From NCBI GenBank assembly GCA_046581755.1, contig JAYGFR010000254.1, positions 1 to 11,459 of the forward strand: a DNA stretch of 11,459 nucleotides. The letters are read 5' to 3'. The notes under the pieces were generated by a model that was given only the letters and a program-made list of their open reading frames with translations, did not search any database and was not told where the DNA came from. A program made the position numbers and the translations under genes. This document shows, in pieces, positions 1-8,676 of the stretch (positions within the stretch are counted from its first letter, which is position 1; every line of letters starts with the position of its first letter). Source of the DNA: Nitrospinota bacterium (lineage in GTDB: Bacteria > UBA8248).

Positions 1-18
1 CGTGTGCTCTTCCGATCT
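1..18 (+). other. Illumina TruSeq adapter remnant (technical artefact)
   Basis: CGTGTGCTCTTCCGATCT is the exact 3' end of the TruSeq read-2 primer/adapter GTGACTGGAGTTCAGACGTGTGCTCTTCCGATCT and sits at the very start of the window. Confidence 0.95.
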
Positions 19-345
19 GAATTAGGGTGTTTTGTTATACTCGATAAAAATTTAGATAAATTAGTCGGATCTACAAGATTTTATTTTCATGATGAAATAG
101 ATGCCTCGGTTAGAGTCGGGTATACATTTTTATCTCCTGAATACTGGGGAACATCTGCTAATCTCCAAATAAAAAAGGTTATGTTGGATTATATTTTTCA
201 ACATGTTGAAAACGTTTATTTCGATATAGGCAAAGAAAATTTTCGTTCAAGGAAAGCAACTGAAAAGTTAGGAGCATTGCAATACCAAAAAAAAGATGGT
301 GGAAAAATGATATATAAATTATCTAAATCTGAATATTGCTTATAA
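19..345 (+). CDS. GNAT family N-acetyltransferase (RimJ/RimL-like), 5'-truncated
   Basis: Motifs VGSTRFY, VGYTFL..EYWG...N...K..ML.Y.F and N.RS.KA.EKLGA are typical of Acetyltransf_3 GNATs. The computed GTG start at 4 lies inside the adapter, so the real N-terminus is missing. Confidence 0.8.
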   Translation, partial: ELGCFVILDKNLDKLVGSTRFYFHDEIDASVRVGYTFLSPEYWGTSANLQIKKVMLDYIFQHVENVYFDIGKENFRSRKATEKLGALQYQKKDGGKMIYKLSKSEYCL

Positions 346-448
346 GTCATGCCAGTCATGAGGGAAGAAAGTCCCTCTCTTGATCCATCAATTGAAATTG
401 TCATAAAATCCGTTTGTAGTCTGTGAGTTAGAGTGTAATTAGGCGACT

Positions 449-1114
449 GTGTTATTTCACAGATACAAATCACTCCGTCACGGTGCTTTCTTGTCCTACA
501 AGGGTGGTGGAAGGAGATATGGAGAGTCAGTAGGGGGAAGACAGTTTAGACAAAGGGATAGTGTTAAAGTTCGGGTAAACGAGAAGAAATACGAGGAATG
601 GCATCTAGATGAAGTTCTCAACAATACATTTAACAAATGGTGGGAGTCTCATCATCATCTGTTTGAGGGCCATTACCCTACACGTTTAACATCCAAAGAA
701 GAGTGGAGTGACAATCCCAATTTCATCTACATCCGTATAGACAAGACTTCTCGCCGTCCAGATGTGGATTCCTTTATGCAGACAATCAAATCAGAGATGT
801 CGCCAGAGGGTAGTCCTCATTTTCAGATAGATGGATTTCCTCGCCCAGACGTTCTCCAAAACCGATATAATGCATTAGTGATGACATTGAAGGGGATTAG
901 TCCAAAGGAAATCTGTGAACACAAAGATATTTACCTTCGGGCAACAGATGACAAAAATGATGGTGAGAGATTGAAGGTTTCTGTTAACTCTAAAGGAAAA
1001 TCCCTTTATCCGATTGTGTTGAAACAGCAGAGGGATGGTGGTGTTCACCATTTATTAGATGTGATGCAAGGTAGTTTTGGTTCTGTTCCTCAAGATAGAG
1101 GTTTCAAACAGTAA
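449..1114 (+). CDS. Hypothetical protein, possibly a mobile-element DNA-binding regulator (start uncertain, may be 5'-truncated)
   Basis: 221-codon open frame in AT-rich DNA with a protein-like sequence (F.KWW...LF, IYIRID, GISPKEI, C-terminal L.DV.QGSF). The GTG start has no clear RBS and there is an in-frame TAG at 440-442. Confidence 0.6.
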   Translation: MLFHRYKSLRHGAFLSYKGGGRRYGESVGGRQFRQRDSVKVRVNEKKYEEWHLDEVLNNTFNKWWESHHHLFEGHYPTRLTSKEEWSDNPNFIYIRIDKTSRRPDVDSFMQTIKSEMSPEGSPHFQIDGFPRPDVLQNRYNALVMTLKGISPKEICEHKDIYLRATDDKNDGERLKVSVNSKGKSLYPIVLKQQRDGGVHHLLDVMQGSFGSVPQDRGFKQ

Positions 1115-1152
1115 ACAAGAAAACAGGAAAACAAGGGAATTGAAGATTTGTC

Positions 1153-1226
1153 TAGAACGTCACCACAGTGTGCTAGAACCAATTTGGGGTAGAACTATGT
1201 CCTGTTTGTGGAACACCCTTTAGAAC
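1153..1226 (+). repeat. Five direct TAGAAC/TGGAAC hexamers
   Basis: TAGAAC at 1153, 1174, 1190 and 1221, plus TGGAAC at 1209, all within 74 bp and in one orientation. Confidence 0.7.
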
Positions 1227-1277
1227 TCACGACAGGACTCCTGAGGAGGATATAGAGGGAATATATAGAGTGTTCTT

Positions 1278-1317
1278 TGGTGGGCCCGAGAGGATTTGAA
1301 CCTCTGACCTCAAGATT
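1278..1317 (-). mobile_element. tRNA 3'-half fragment (att-core-like; Ile/Lys/Met-type, identity not resolvable)
   Basis: The minus strand reads AA-TCTTG-AGGTC-AGAGG-TTCAAAT-CCTCT-CGGGCCC-A-CCA. This maps to positions 37-38, the 3' anticodon stem, the variable loop, a perfect T-arm, the acceptor strand, the discriminator and CCA. No D-arm or 5' acceptor strand is found upstream. Confidence 0.85.
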
Positions 1318-1350
1318 CATCACACTCCACCTTCCTATATCAGAATACCT

Positions 1351-1410
1351 TTACACATAAAACCAAAGAGAAATGTGTATGGTTTCTAGTTACACAAATC
1401 GTTCACATAT
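1351..1410. repeat. TACACA-type repeats (integrase arm-site-like)
   Basis: TACACAT at 1352, inverted ATGTGTA at 1373-1379, TACACA at 1391 and TTCACA at 1402. The last two are 11 bp apart. Confidence 0.55.
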
Positions 1411-1435
1411 AGATTATTTGGAAAACTGACTATCA

Positions 1436-1457
1436 TAACTCATTGTTTTAATTGAGT
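1436..1457 (-). promoter_or_regulatory. IHF-like site within an imperfect palindrome
   Basis: Minus-strand AAACAATGAGTTA has one mismatch to WATCAANNNNTTR and lies in ACTCA-N10-TGAGT. Confidence 0.5.
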
Positions 1458-3973
1458 AATATATCATTAGATAATGAACCTTCATATACCGAATCAGGCG
1501 GGCGGTCGTCCCAGCGGGTTTGGGGACCGGCACCCGGTTCGTCCCTGGTAGACGTTTCGTCCCTGGATGAAAGCGCTTCCGCGGGTTCTTCCGCGGGCAA
1601 GGGCGCGGGCCGCGGGGGAAGCCCCGCATCGCTCCGCATCCGGTCCGAGAGATGGCTCCACCGACGGCGGACCTTCGCGTTTTTCACCGCCATGGCGAGC
1701 GCTTTTTTTGTGCCGATGAATATGGCCAGCCGTTTGGCCCGGGTCAGGGCGGTGTAGACGAGATTCCGTTGAAGCATCGGGTAGTGCTGGGTGTGGAGCG
1801 GAATGACCACCGCCGGATATTCGCTCCCCTGGCTTTTGTGGATCGTCACCGCGTAGGCGTGAATCACCTCGTCGAGAGAGGCCCGGGAATACTCGACGGA
1901 CTCCCCGTCGAAATTTACCCGGATCGAGCCCTCGGAGGGATCGACGCCCTCGACGATCCCGATATCCCCGTTAAAGACGTTTTTCTCGTAGTTGTTCCGG
2001 ATTTGAATCACCTTGTCCCCGGGCCGGAAAATCCTTCCGCCGCCCTGGAGGGAGGGCCCCGATCCGGGCGGGTTCAGGGCCTCCTGGAGGCGTGCGTTCA
2101 GTTTCTGGACGCCGAGGACGCCGCGCTGCATCGGCGAGATGACCTGGACGTCGGAGATGGGGTCGAGCCCGAAACGCGCGCCGATGCGCTCGCGGCAGAG
2201 TTCGACGAGAATATCGGCGCACCGCTCGGCGTCGGATTCCTCGATGAAGTAGTAGTCCCGGAGGACCTCGGAGGTTTTCGGCTCCCGGGGCATCTCCCCC
2301 CGGTTGACTCGGTGGGCGTTTTCGACGATGAGGCTCTCCTTCGCTTGGCGGAACACCTCGCGCAGCCGAACGACGGGCAGCGCCCCCGATTCGATGGCGT
2401 CGCCCAGGACGGTTCCGGGCCCCACCGAGGGAAGCTGATCCACATCGCCCACCAGGATGAAGGACGCCGAATCCGGCACCGCCCGCAGGAGATGCGCCAT
2501 CAGGTGAATGTCCACCATCGAGGCCTCGTCGATGATGACGACATCGCCCGTGAGCGGCTGGGCGGCGTCGCGCAAAAAGCCCCCCGAGGTCCAGCTGAAT
2601 TCGAGAAGGCGGTGAATCGTCGCGGCTTCGTGGCCGGTCACCTCCGAGAGGCGCTTGGCCGCGCGACCGGTGGGCGCGCCCAGGAGCACCTGGAGGCCGA
2701 GCTCCGCGTAGAGGCGGGTGACGGCCTCGATGACGGTCGTCTTGCCGGTGCCCGGACCCCCGGTCACGATGAGCACCTTTTCCACAAGCGCCCCTTGGAT
2801 GGCCCGCGCCTGATCCCCGCTGGCCATCCCTCCTGCGAGTGCCCGTTTGGAGACGGCCTCGAGGCGGTCCCTGAGGGTGGCGCCCACGGCCCCCTTTCCC
2901 CGGAGGGCGGCTTCGTACCGGGCCTCGTCGCGCGGGGCGCTCATCAGCGCGGTCAACCGACGGGCGACCTCGGTTTCGGCCGCATAAAACGGCTGGGCGT
3001 AGACCACCTGCCTCGAAGATTCGCCGCCCTCGCCGCCGGCCGGCAGGGGAGATTCGCCGCCCTCGCCTCCGGCCGGCGGGGAGGAGAGGGTTTCCACGAC
3101 GACGGCGCCGCTTTTTTGAAGCGATGCGACGGCCTCTCCTACCCGGGCACGCGGCGCATCGAGAATGTCGGCGGCCTCCGCGATGAGGTGGTCCATGGGC
3201 ACATAGACGTGCCCGTTCGTCTCGCCGAGCCGGTTCAGCACATAAACCGCCCCGGCCTCCAGGCGGCTGGGCGCGTCCGCCGGGACCCCGAGTTTTTGGG
3301 CGACCCGGTCCGCCGTTCGGAAGCCGACGCCGTAGATGTCGGTGGGCAGGCGGTAGGGGTTTTCGCGAAGGACATGGGTGGCCGCCGCTCCGTAGGCGCG
3401 GAAAATTTTCTCGGCCAGATAGAGGGGCACATCGTATTCCTGGAGGAAGAGTATCACCTCCTTGATCTCGCTCTGGCTTTTCCAGCTTTCCACCATTCCG
3501 GCGAGTTTCTTCTCGCCCAGCCCGGGAATCGCCAGAAGGCGTCGCGGTTCGTTTTCGATGATGTCGAGGGAATCAGCGCCGAAGCGCGAGACAATCCGCT
3601 TGGCCAGAGCGGGCCCGATATTTTTCAGGGTGCCGGAGGCGAGGAATTTCTCGATCCCCTCGACCGTGGTCGGAATGATGGGCTTGGAGAGGATGGCATG
3701 GAACTGTCTTCCGAAGCGGGGGTGTTCCTTCCATTCCCCCTCGAACTCGGCGCGTTCGCCCTCCTGGATGCTGGACAGGTAGCCGACCACGGCGACGGGC
3801 GGAAAATCGCCGTCCGGCTGAACGACCAGCACGGTATAGCCCGTGTCTTCGGCCCGGAAGCGAATACGGTCCACCGTGCCGGTGAGCACTCCCCCGGTGT
3901 CGGGAAACAGACCGCTCTGGGATGAGGTCTTCATGCGTCTTTGGCGGGAGCGGTTCGAGGATGGCTGGGTCAT
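1448..3973 (-). CDS. recD2: ATP-dependent RecD2 (SF1B) DNA helicase, 841 aa
   Basis: Has the N-terminal OB-like region with HPRFGRQF, HhH motifs (NIGPALA, GLGEKK) and ENPYRL. Also has Walker A GGPGTGKT, APTGRAAKRL, TIHRLL, DEASM, GDVDQLPSVGPG and AYAVTIHKSQGSEY. The ATG at 3973 overlaps the mazG stop (ATGA). Confidence 0.95.
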   Translation of the reverse strand: MTQPSSNRSRQRRMKTSSQSGLFPDTGGVLTGTVDRIRFRAEDTGYTVLVVQPDGDFPPVAVVGYLSSIQEGERAEFEGEWKEHPRFGRQFHAILSKPIIPTTVEGIEKFLASGTLKNIGPALAKRIVSRFGADSLDIIENEPRRLLAIPGLGEKKLAGMVESWKSQSEIKEVILFLQEYDVPLYLAEKIFRAYGAAATHVLRENPYRLPTDIYGVGFRTADRVAQKLGVPADAPSRLEAGAVYVLNRLGETNGHVYVPMDHLIAEAADILDAPRARVGEAVASLQKSGAVVVETLSSPPAGGEGGESPLPAGGEGGESSRQVVYAQPFYAAETEVARRLTALMSAPRDEARYEAALRGKGAVGATLRDRLEAVSKRALAGGMASGDQARAIQGALVEKVLIVTGGPGTGKTTVIEAVTRLYAELGLQVLLGAPTGRAAKRLSEVTGHEAATIHRLLEFSWTSGGFLRDAAQPLTGDVVIIDEASMVDIHLMAHLLRAVPDSASFILVGDVDQLPSVGPGTVLGDAIESGALPVVRLREVFRQAKESLIVENAHRVNRGEMPREPKTSEVLRDYYFIEESDAERCADILVELCRERIGARFGLDPISDVQVISPMQRGVLGVQKLNARLQEALNPPGSGPSLQGGGRIFRPGDKVIQIRNNYEKNVFNGDIGIVEGVDPSEGSIRVNFDGESVEYSRASLDEVIHAYAVTIHKSQGSEYPAVVIPLHTQHYPMLQRNLVYTALTRAKRLAIFIGTKKALAMAVKNAKVRRRWSHLSDRMRSDAGLPPRPAPLPAEEPAEALSSRDETSTRDEPGAGPQTRWDDRPPDSVYEGSLSNDILLN
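3017..3082. repeat. 33-bp tandem duplication inside recD2 (PAGGEGGES twice)
   Basis: AGATTCGCCGCCCTCGCC(G/T)CCGGCCGGC starts at 3017 and 3050; the period is 33 bp and the frame is preserved. Confidence 0.9.
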
Positions 3974-4782
3974 TCGGGGTTTCGCCCCTCGGCGGATTTG
4001 GCCTGGTCCCAGAGGCGGTCGAGTTCTTCGAGCGGAACATCCTCGGGGCTCAGGCCCCGGCCGCGCAGGGCCGATTCGATGCTGTGAAACCGGGCCGTGA
4101 ACCGATCGATGGCGCCCCGGGCGGTGTCCTCGGCGTTCATGCCGAGCTTTCGCGCATAGTTGACCGCCGCGAAAAGAAAATCGCCCATCTCGGCTTCGGC
4201 CGATTTCGAGTCGCCCCGCCGGAGGGCTTTTTTGAGCTCGTTCCATTCCTCCTCGACTTTGGCCGAGGCGCCCTCGGCATCGGGCCAGTCGAACCCGACG
4301 CGCGCCGCCTTACTCTGGAGGCGGTGGGAGCGCTGGAGAGCGGGTATGGCCAGGGGAACCCCGTCGAGAATGGAGGGCGTCCCGTTGCTCTCTCCGCGCG
4401 CGGTGCGCTCTTTTCGCTTTGAAATTTCCCAGGTTCGAAGGACTTCTTTCGTCGTGTCGGCGGCGCCCTCGCCGAATACGTGGGGGTGACGATCGATCAT
4501 TTTGTCGGCGAGTTTTTCGGCCACCTCGGCGGCGTCGAACAGGCCCTTTTCCTCCGCGAGGCGGCAGTGGAAAATCACCTGAAGAAGAAGATCCCCCAAC
4601 TCCTCGCGCAACCGTGCGGCATCCCCCGAATCGATAGCCTCGATCACCTCGTAGGCCTCTTCGATGAGGTAGGGCTTGAGCGTTTCGTGGTCCTGCTCCT
4701 GGTCCCAGGGGCACCCGTCCGGCGCCCTGAGGCGGGCCATCACTTCGAGCGCCTTGGCGAACCCGCGCTTATTCAAATCCAT
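3970..4782 (-). CDS. mazG: Nucleoside triphosphate pyrophosphohydrolase MazG (tandem domain)
   Basis: Motifs LRAPDGCPWD.EQ, EEAYEV, EELGDLLLQV, RHPHVFG, KAARVGFDW and EMGDFLF. AAGGGA RBS upstream of the ATG. Confidence 0.96.
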   Translation of the reverse strand: MDLNKRGFAKALEVMARLRAPDGCPWDQEQDHETLKPYLIEEAYEVIEAIDSGDAARLREELGDLLLQVIFHCRLAEEKGLFDAAEVAEKLADKMIDRHPHVFGEGAADTTKEVLRTWEISKRKERTARGESNGTPSILDGVPLAIPALQRSHRLQSKAARVGFDWPDAEGASAKVEEEWNELKKALRRGDSKSAEAEMGDFLFAAVNYARKLGMNAEDTARGAIDRFTARFHSIESALRGRGLSPEDVPLEELDRLWDQAKSAEGRNPE

Positions 4783-4910
4783 GGAATGTCCCTTATGAAA
4801 AGCCCCCCGGAAGGGCTCTCTCGAGGTCCAAATCTACACCCCGACCAGCGCCCTGTCACGCTCGTGGAATTCGTGATTTTTCAATATATACCATGTAAAA
4901 TGAACCTATA

Positions 4911-4959
4911 CCACTAAATATTGTGGTTATGTCCTTGACACCCCCCCAATATTCGGGGA
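4911..4959. promoter_or_regulatory. Tandem NrdR-box-like operators flanking a TTGACA -35 element
   Basis: CCACTAAATATTGTGG (4911-4926) closely fits acaCwAtATaTwGtgt. A weaker CCCCAATATTCGGGGA lies at 4944-4959. TTGACA is at 4935-4940, with a weak GAATAT -10 at 17 bp spacing. Confidence 0.65.
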
Positions 4960-4990
4960 ATATCTTCCCCCAAGCCAGGAGGATTTTTAG

Positions 4991-6886
4991 ATGCCAATGG
5001 CAAGCCGGATACGCGTTTTACCGGAAAGGCTGGCCAACCAAATCGCCGCGGGCGAGGTGATCCAGCGTCCCTCATCCGCCCTGAAGGAGTTGATCGAAAA
5101 CAGTCTCGACGCGGGTGCGCGCTCGATCCGGGTGGACCTCGAGAGCGGGGGAAGCCGGCGAATCCGGGTGCGCGACGACGGAGAGGGCATGGGCCGCGAC
5201 GATGCCCTTCTCGCGTTCGAGCGCCATGCGACGAGTAAAATCGCGACCGAGGCGGATCTGCTCGAGGTGACGACGCTAGGGTTCAGGGGCGAAGCCTTGT
5301 CGAGCATCGCAGCGGTGAGCAAGGTGGTCCTCACCACCCGCCGGCGCGGGGAGGCGCTCGGAACCGAGGTCCGGATCGACGGCGGGCGCGTGTCGCGCGT
5401 TCTCGAAATGGGCGCGCCCGAGGGGACCGAGATGGACATCCGCTCGCTTTTCTACAACGTCCCGGCGCGGCGGAAGTTTCTCAAGACGAAAAACACCGAG
5501 CTCTCCCGTTGCGCCGAGGCCGTCAGTCAGGCGGCCATGGCGCGTCCGGACACGGCGTTCACTCTCGTGCACGGCGGCCGCACGATCCTGGATTTGAAAT
5601 CCTCCGAAAGCCGGCTGGACCGGGCGGCGGAGCTTCTTGGAAAAGACGCCCTTTTGCATCTGATGGATTTGGGGGGAGTGGAGCGCGAGGGCCTCCGGCT
5701 GAGCGGATGGGTGGGAGCGCCCACCCTCACCCGATCGAACCGCACCGGGCAATATTTTTTCGTCAACGCCCGGCCGGTCCGGGACCGCCTGATGGTCCAT
5801 GCCATCGCGAAAGCCTACCGGAGTTTCCTGCCGGGGGGACGGCATCCGGTGTTTTCTCTTTTCCTGGACCTCCCACCCGGCGAGGTGGACGTCAACGTCC
5901 ATCCGGGAAAGGAGGAGGTGCGGCTCAGGAGAAGCTCGCTGGTCCACGATTTCATCCACGATTCGGTGGTCGCGAAACTGGGGGCACCGCCCCGGCCCTC
6001 CAGGCTCATCGTGCACAAGCCCAACGGCCTGGGGATTCCGCTCCCCCCGCTGGGCGAATCGCGTGTGGGCCGCGCGGGAGCGGACAGGTCGCCCAGCCTT
6101 CTGGGGGGCGGGGGATATATACCGCCGGCCGCCGGGGAGAGCCTTGGCCGGGTTCGCGAAACGGCCTCTCCGCCCGACTTCGCCGGGGCCTATTCTCCCG
6201 TTGCAGAGGCGGCGGCAACGGATGAGGCGGCCTCTCTCGGGGCGCTGCCCCTCGGGTCGCTTCCGCTGGATCGCGTTCTCGTTCCGCCCGATCCCTCCTA
6301 TCCCGTCCTCCTTTCGGAGTGCCGGTATCTGGGGCAGTGGGAGGAGTGCTTTTTACTCTTCGAGTCGTGCCAGGGGCTCGTCTTCGTGGATCAGCACGCG
6401 GCGCACGAAAGGGTGCTCTACAATCGCTTCCGCGATCAGTTCCGGACCGGAAAGGTGGAGCGGCAGGCGGCGCTGGTCCCCCAGAGAATCACCCTCCGCC
6501 CGGAGGAGGCGCTTCGCCTCGATGAGCACCGCGAGACCCTCACGCGCTCCGGGTTCGAGCTCGAACCGGCCGGAGCGGGGGAGTTTCTGATCCGCTCGGT
6601 CCCCGCGCTTTTGGCCGACAGCGATCCTGCGGGCGCGGTCCGCCGGGTGGTCGAGGGCTTGGCGGACCTGGACGAGCCGATGAGCTTTCCGGACCTCATC
6701 GACGGCATCATCGCGCGGATGAGCTGCCGGGGGGCCGTCAAGGCCGCCCACTCCCTTCACCCGGAGGAGGTGGCCTCCCTGGTCGCGGAGATCGACAAAA
6801 CGCCGGGGCGGTGGACGTGCCCGCACGGGCGGCCGATCATGCTGGTCCTCACGGTGGGCCCGGTCCGCCGGAGGTTTTTGCGCTAG
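4991..6886 (+). CDS. mutL: DNA mismatch repair endonuclease MutL
   Basis: GHKL motifs IAAGEVI.RP...KELIENSLDAGA and GFRGEAL, plus VDVNVHP.K.EV. C-terminal DQHAAHER, SCR, CPHGRP and FLR. RBS AGGAGG at 4977-4982. Confidence 0.97.
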   Translation: MPMASRIRVLPERLANQIAAGEVIQRPSSALKELIENSLDAGARSIRVDLESGGSRRIRVRDDGEGMGRDDALLAFERHATSKIATEADLLEVTTLGFRGEALSSIAAVSKVVLTTRRRGEALGTEVRIDGGRVSRVLEMGAPEGTEMDIRSLFYNVPARRKFLKTKNTELSRCAEAVSQAAMARPDTAFTLVHGGRTILDLKSSESRLDRAAELLGKDALLHLMDLGGVEREGLRLSGWVGAPTLTRSNRTGQYFFVNARPVRDRLMVHAIAKAYRSFLPGGRHPVFSLFLDLPPGEVDVNVHPGKEEVRLRRSSLVHDFIHDSVVAKLGAPPRPSRLIVHKPNGLGIPLPPLGESRVGRAGADRSPSLLGGGGYIPPAAGESLGRVRETASPPDFAGAYSPVAEAAATDEAASLGALPLGSLPLDRVLVPPDPSYPVLLSECRYLGQWEECFLLFESCQGLVFVDQHAAHERVLYNRFRDQFRTGKVERQAALVPQRITLRPEEALRLDEHRETLTRSGFELEPAGAGEFLIRSVPALLADSDPAGAVRRVVEGLADLDEPMSFPDLIDGIIARMSCRGAVKAAHSLHPEEVASLVAEIDKTPGRWTCPHGRPIMLVLTVGPVRRRFLR

Positions 6887-6928
6887 TCTCACTGGCGGGC
6901 GGGGAGGCCAAATACGCCCTTCGCTCTC

Positions 6929-6957
6929 TTGACAATCGCGGCGGGCGGGCCGAGAAT
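6929..6957 (+). promoter_or_regulatory. Sigma70-type promoter for guaB
   Basis: TTGACA (6929-6934), a 17-bp spacer, then GAGAAT (6952-6957). Confidence 0.6.
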
Positions 6958-7017
6958 CCTTAGAAGGCGGAGAGGATGGTCGAATTCTCGCCAGTCTTGT
7001 AAGGGCATGTTATTTAA

Positions 7018-8676
<1,659 letters not shown>

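Noticed and set aside
216..473. 85-aa minus-strand ORF
   Set aside because: It overlaps the GNAT gene antisense and has no motif or RBS support.
1153..1226. Mini-CRISPR array interpretation of the hexamer repeats
   Set aside because: The repeats are only 6 bp with irregular 12-21 bp periods, and there are no cas genes.
1278..1450. Complete tRNA, or tRNA interrupted by a group I intron after the anticodon (the fragment is preceded by G, as at an intron 3' splice site)
   Set aside because: No 5' exon (GGGCCCG...AGCTCA) is visible, there is no P7 GACTA/TAGTC pairing, and only ~130 bp separate it from recD2.
1464..1491. dif-like site (minus strand CGGTATATGAA-GGTTCA-TTATCTAATGA)
   Set aside because: Only about half of the XerD arm matches and the XerC arm is poor, so it is not callable as dif.
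3974..4246. N-terminal extension of the 932-aa RecD2 ORF
   Set aside because: It is an alternative frame inside mazG; the ATG at 3973 with the ATGA overlap is the better start.
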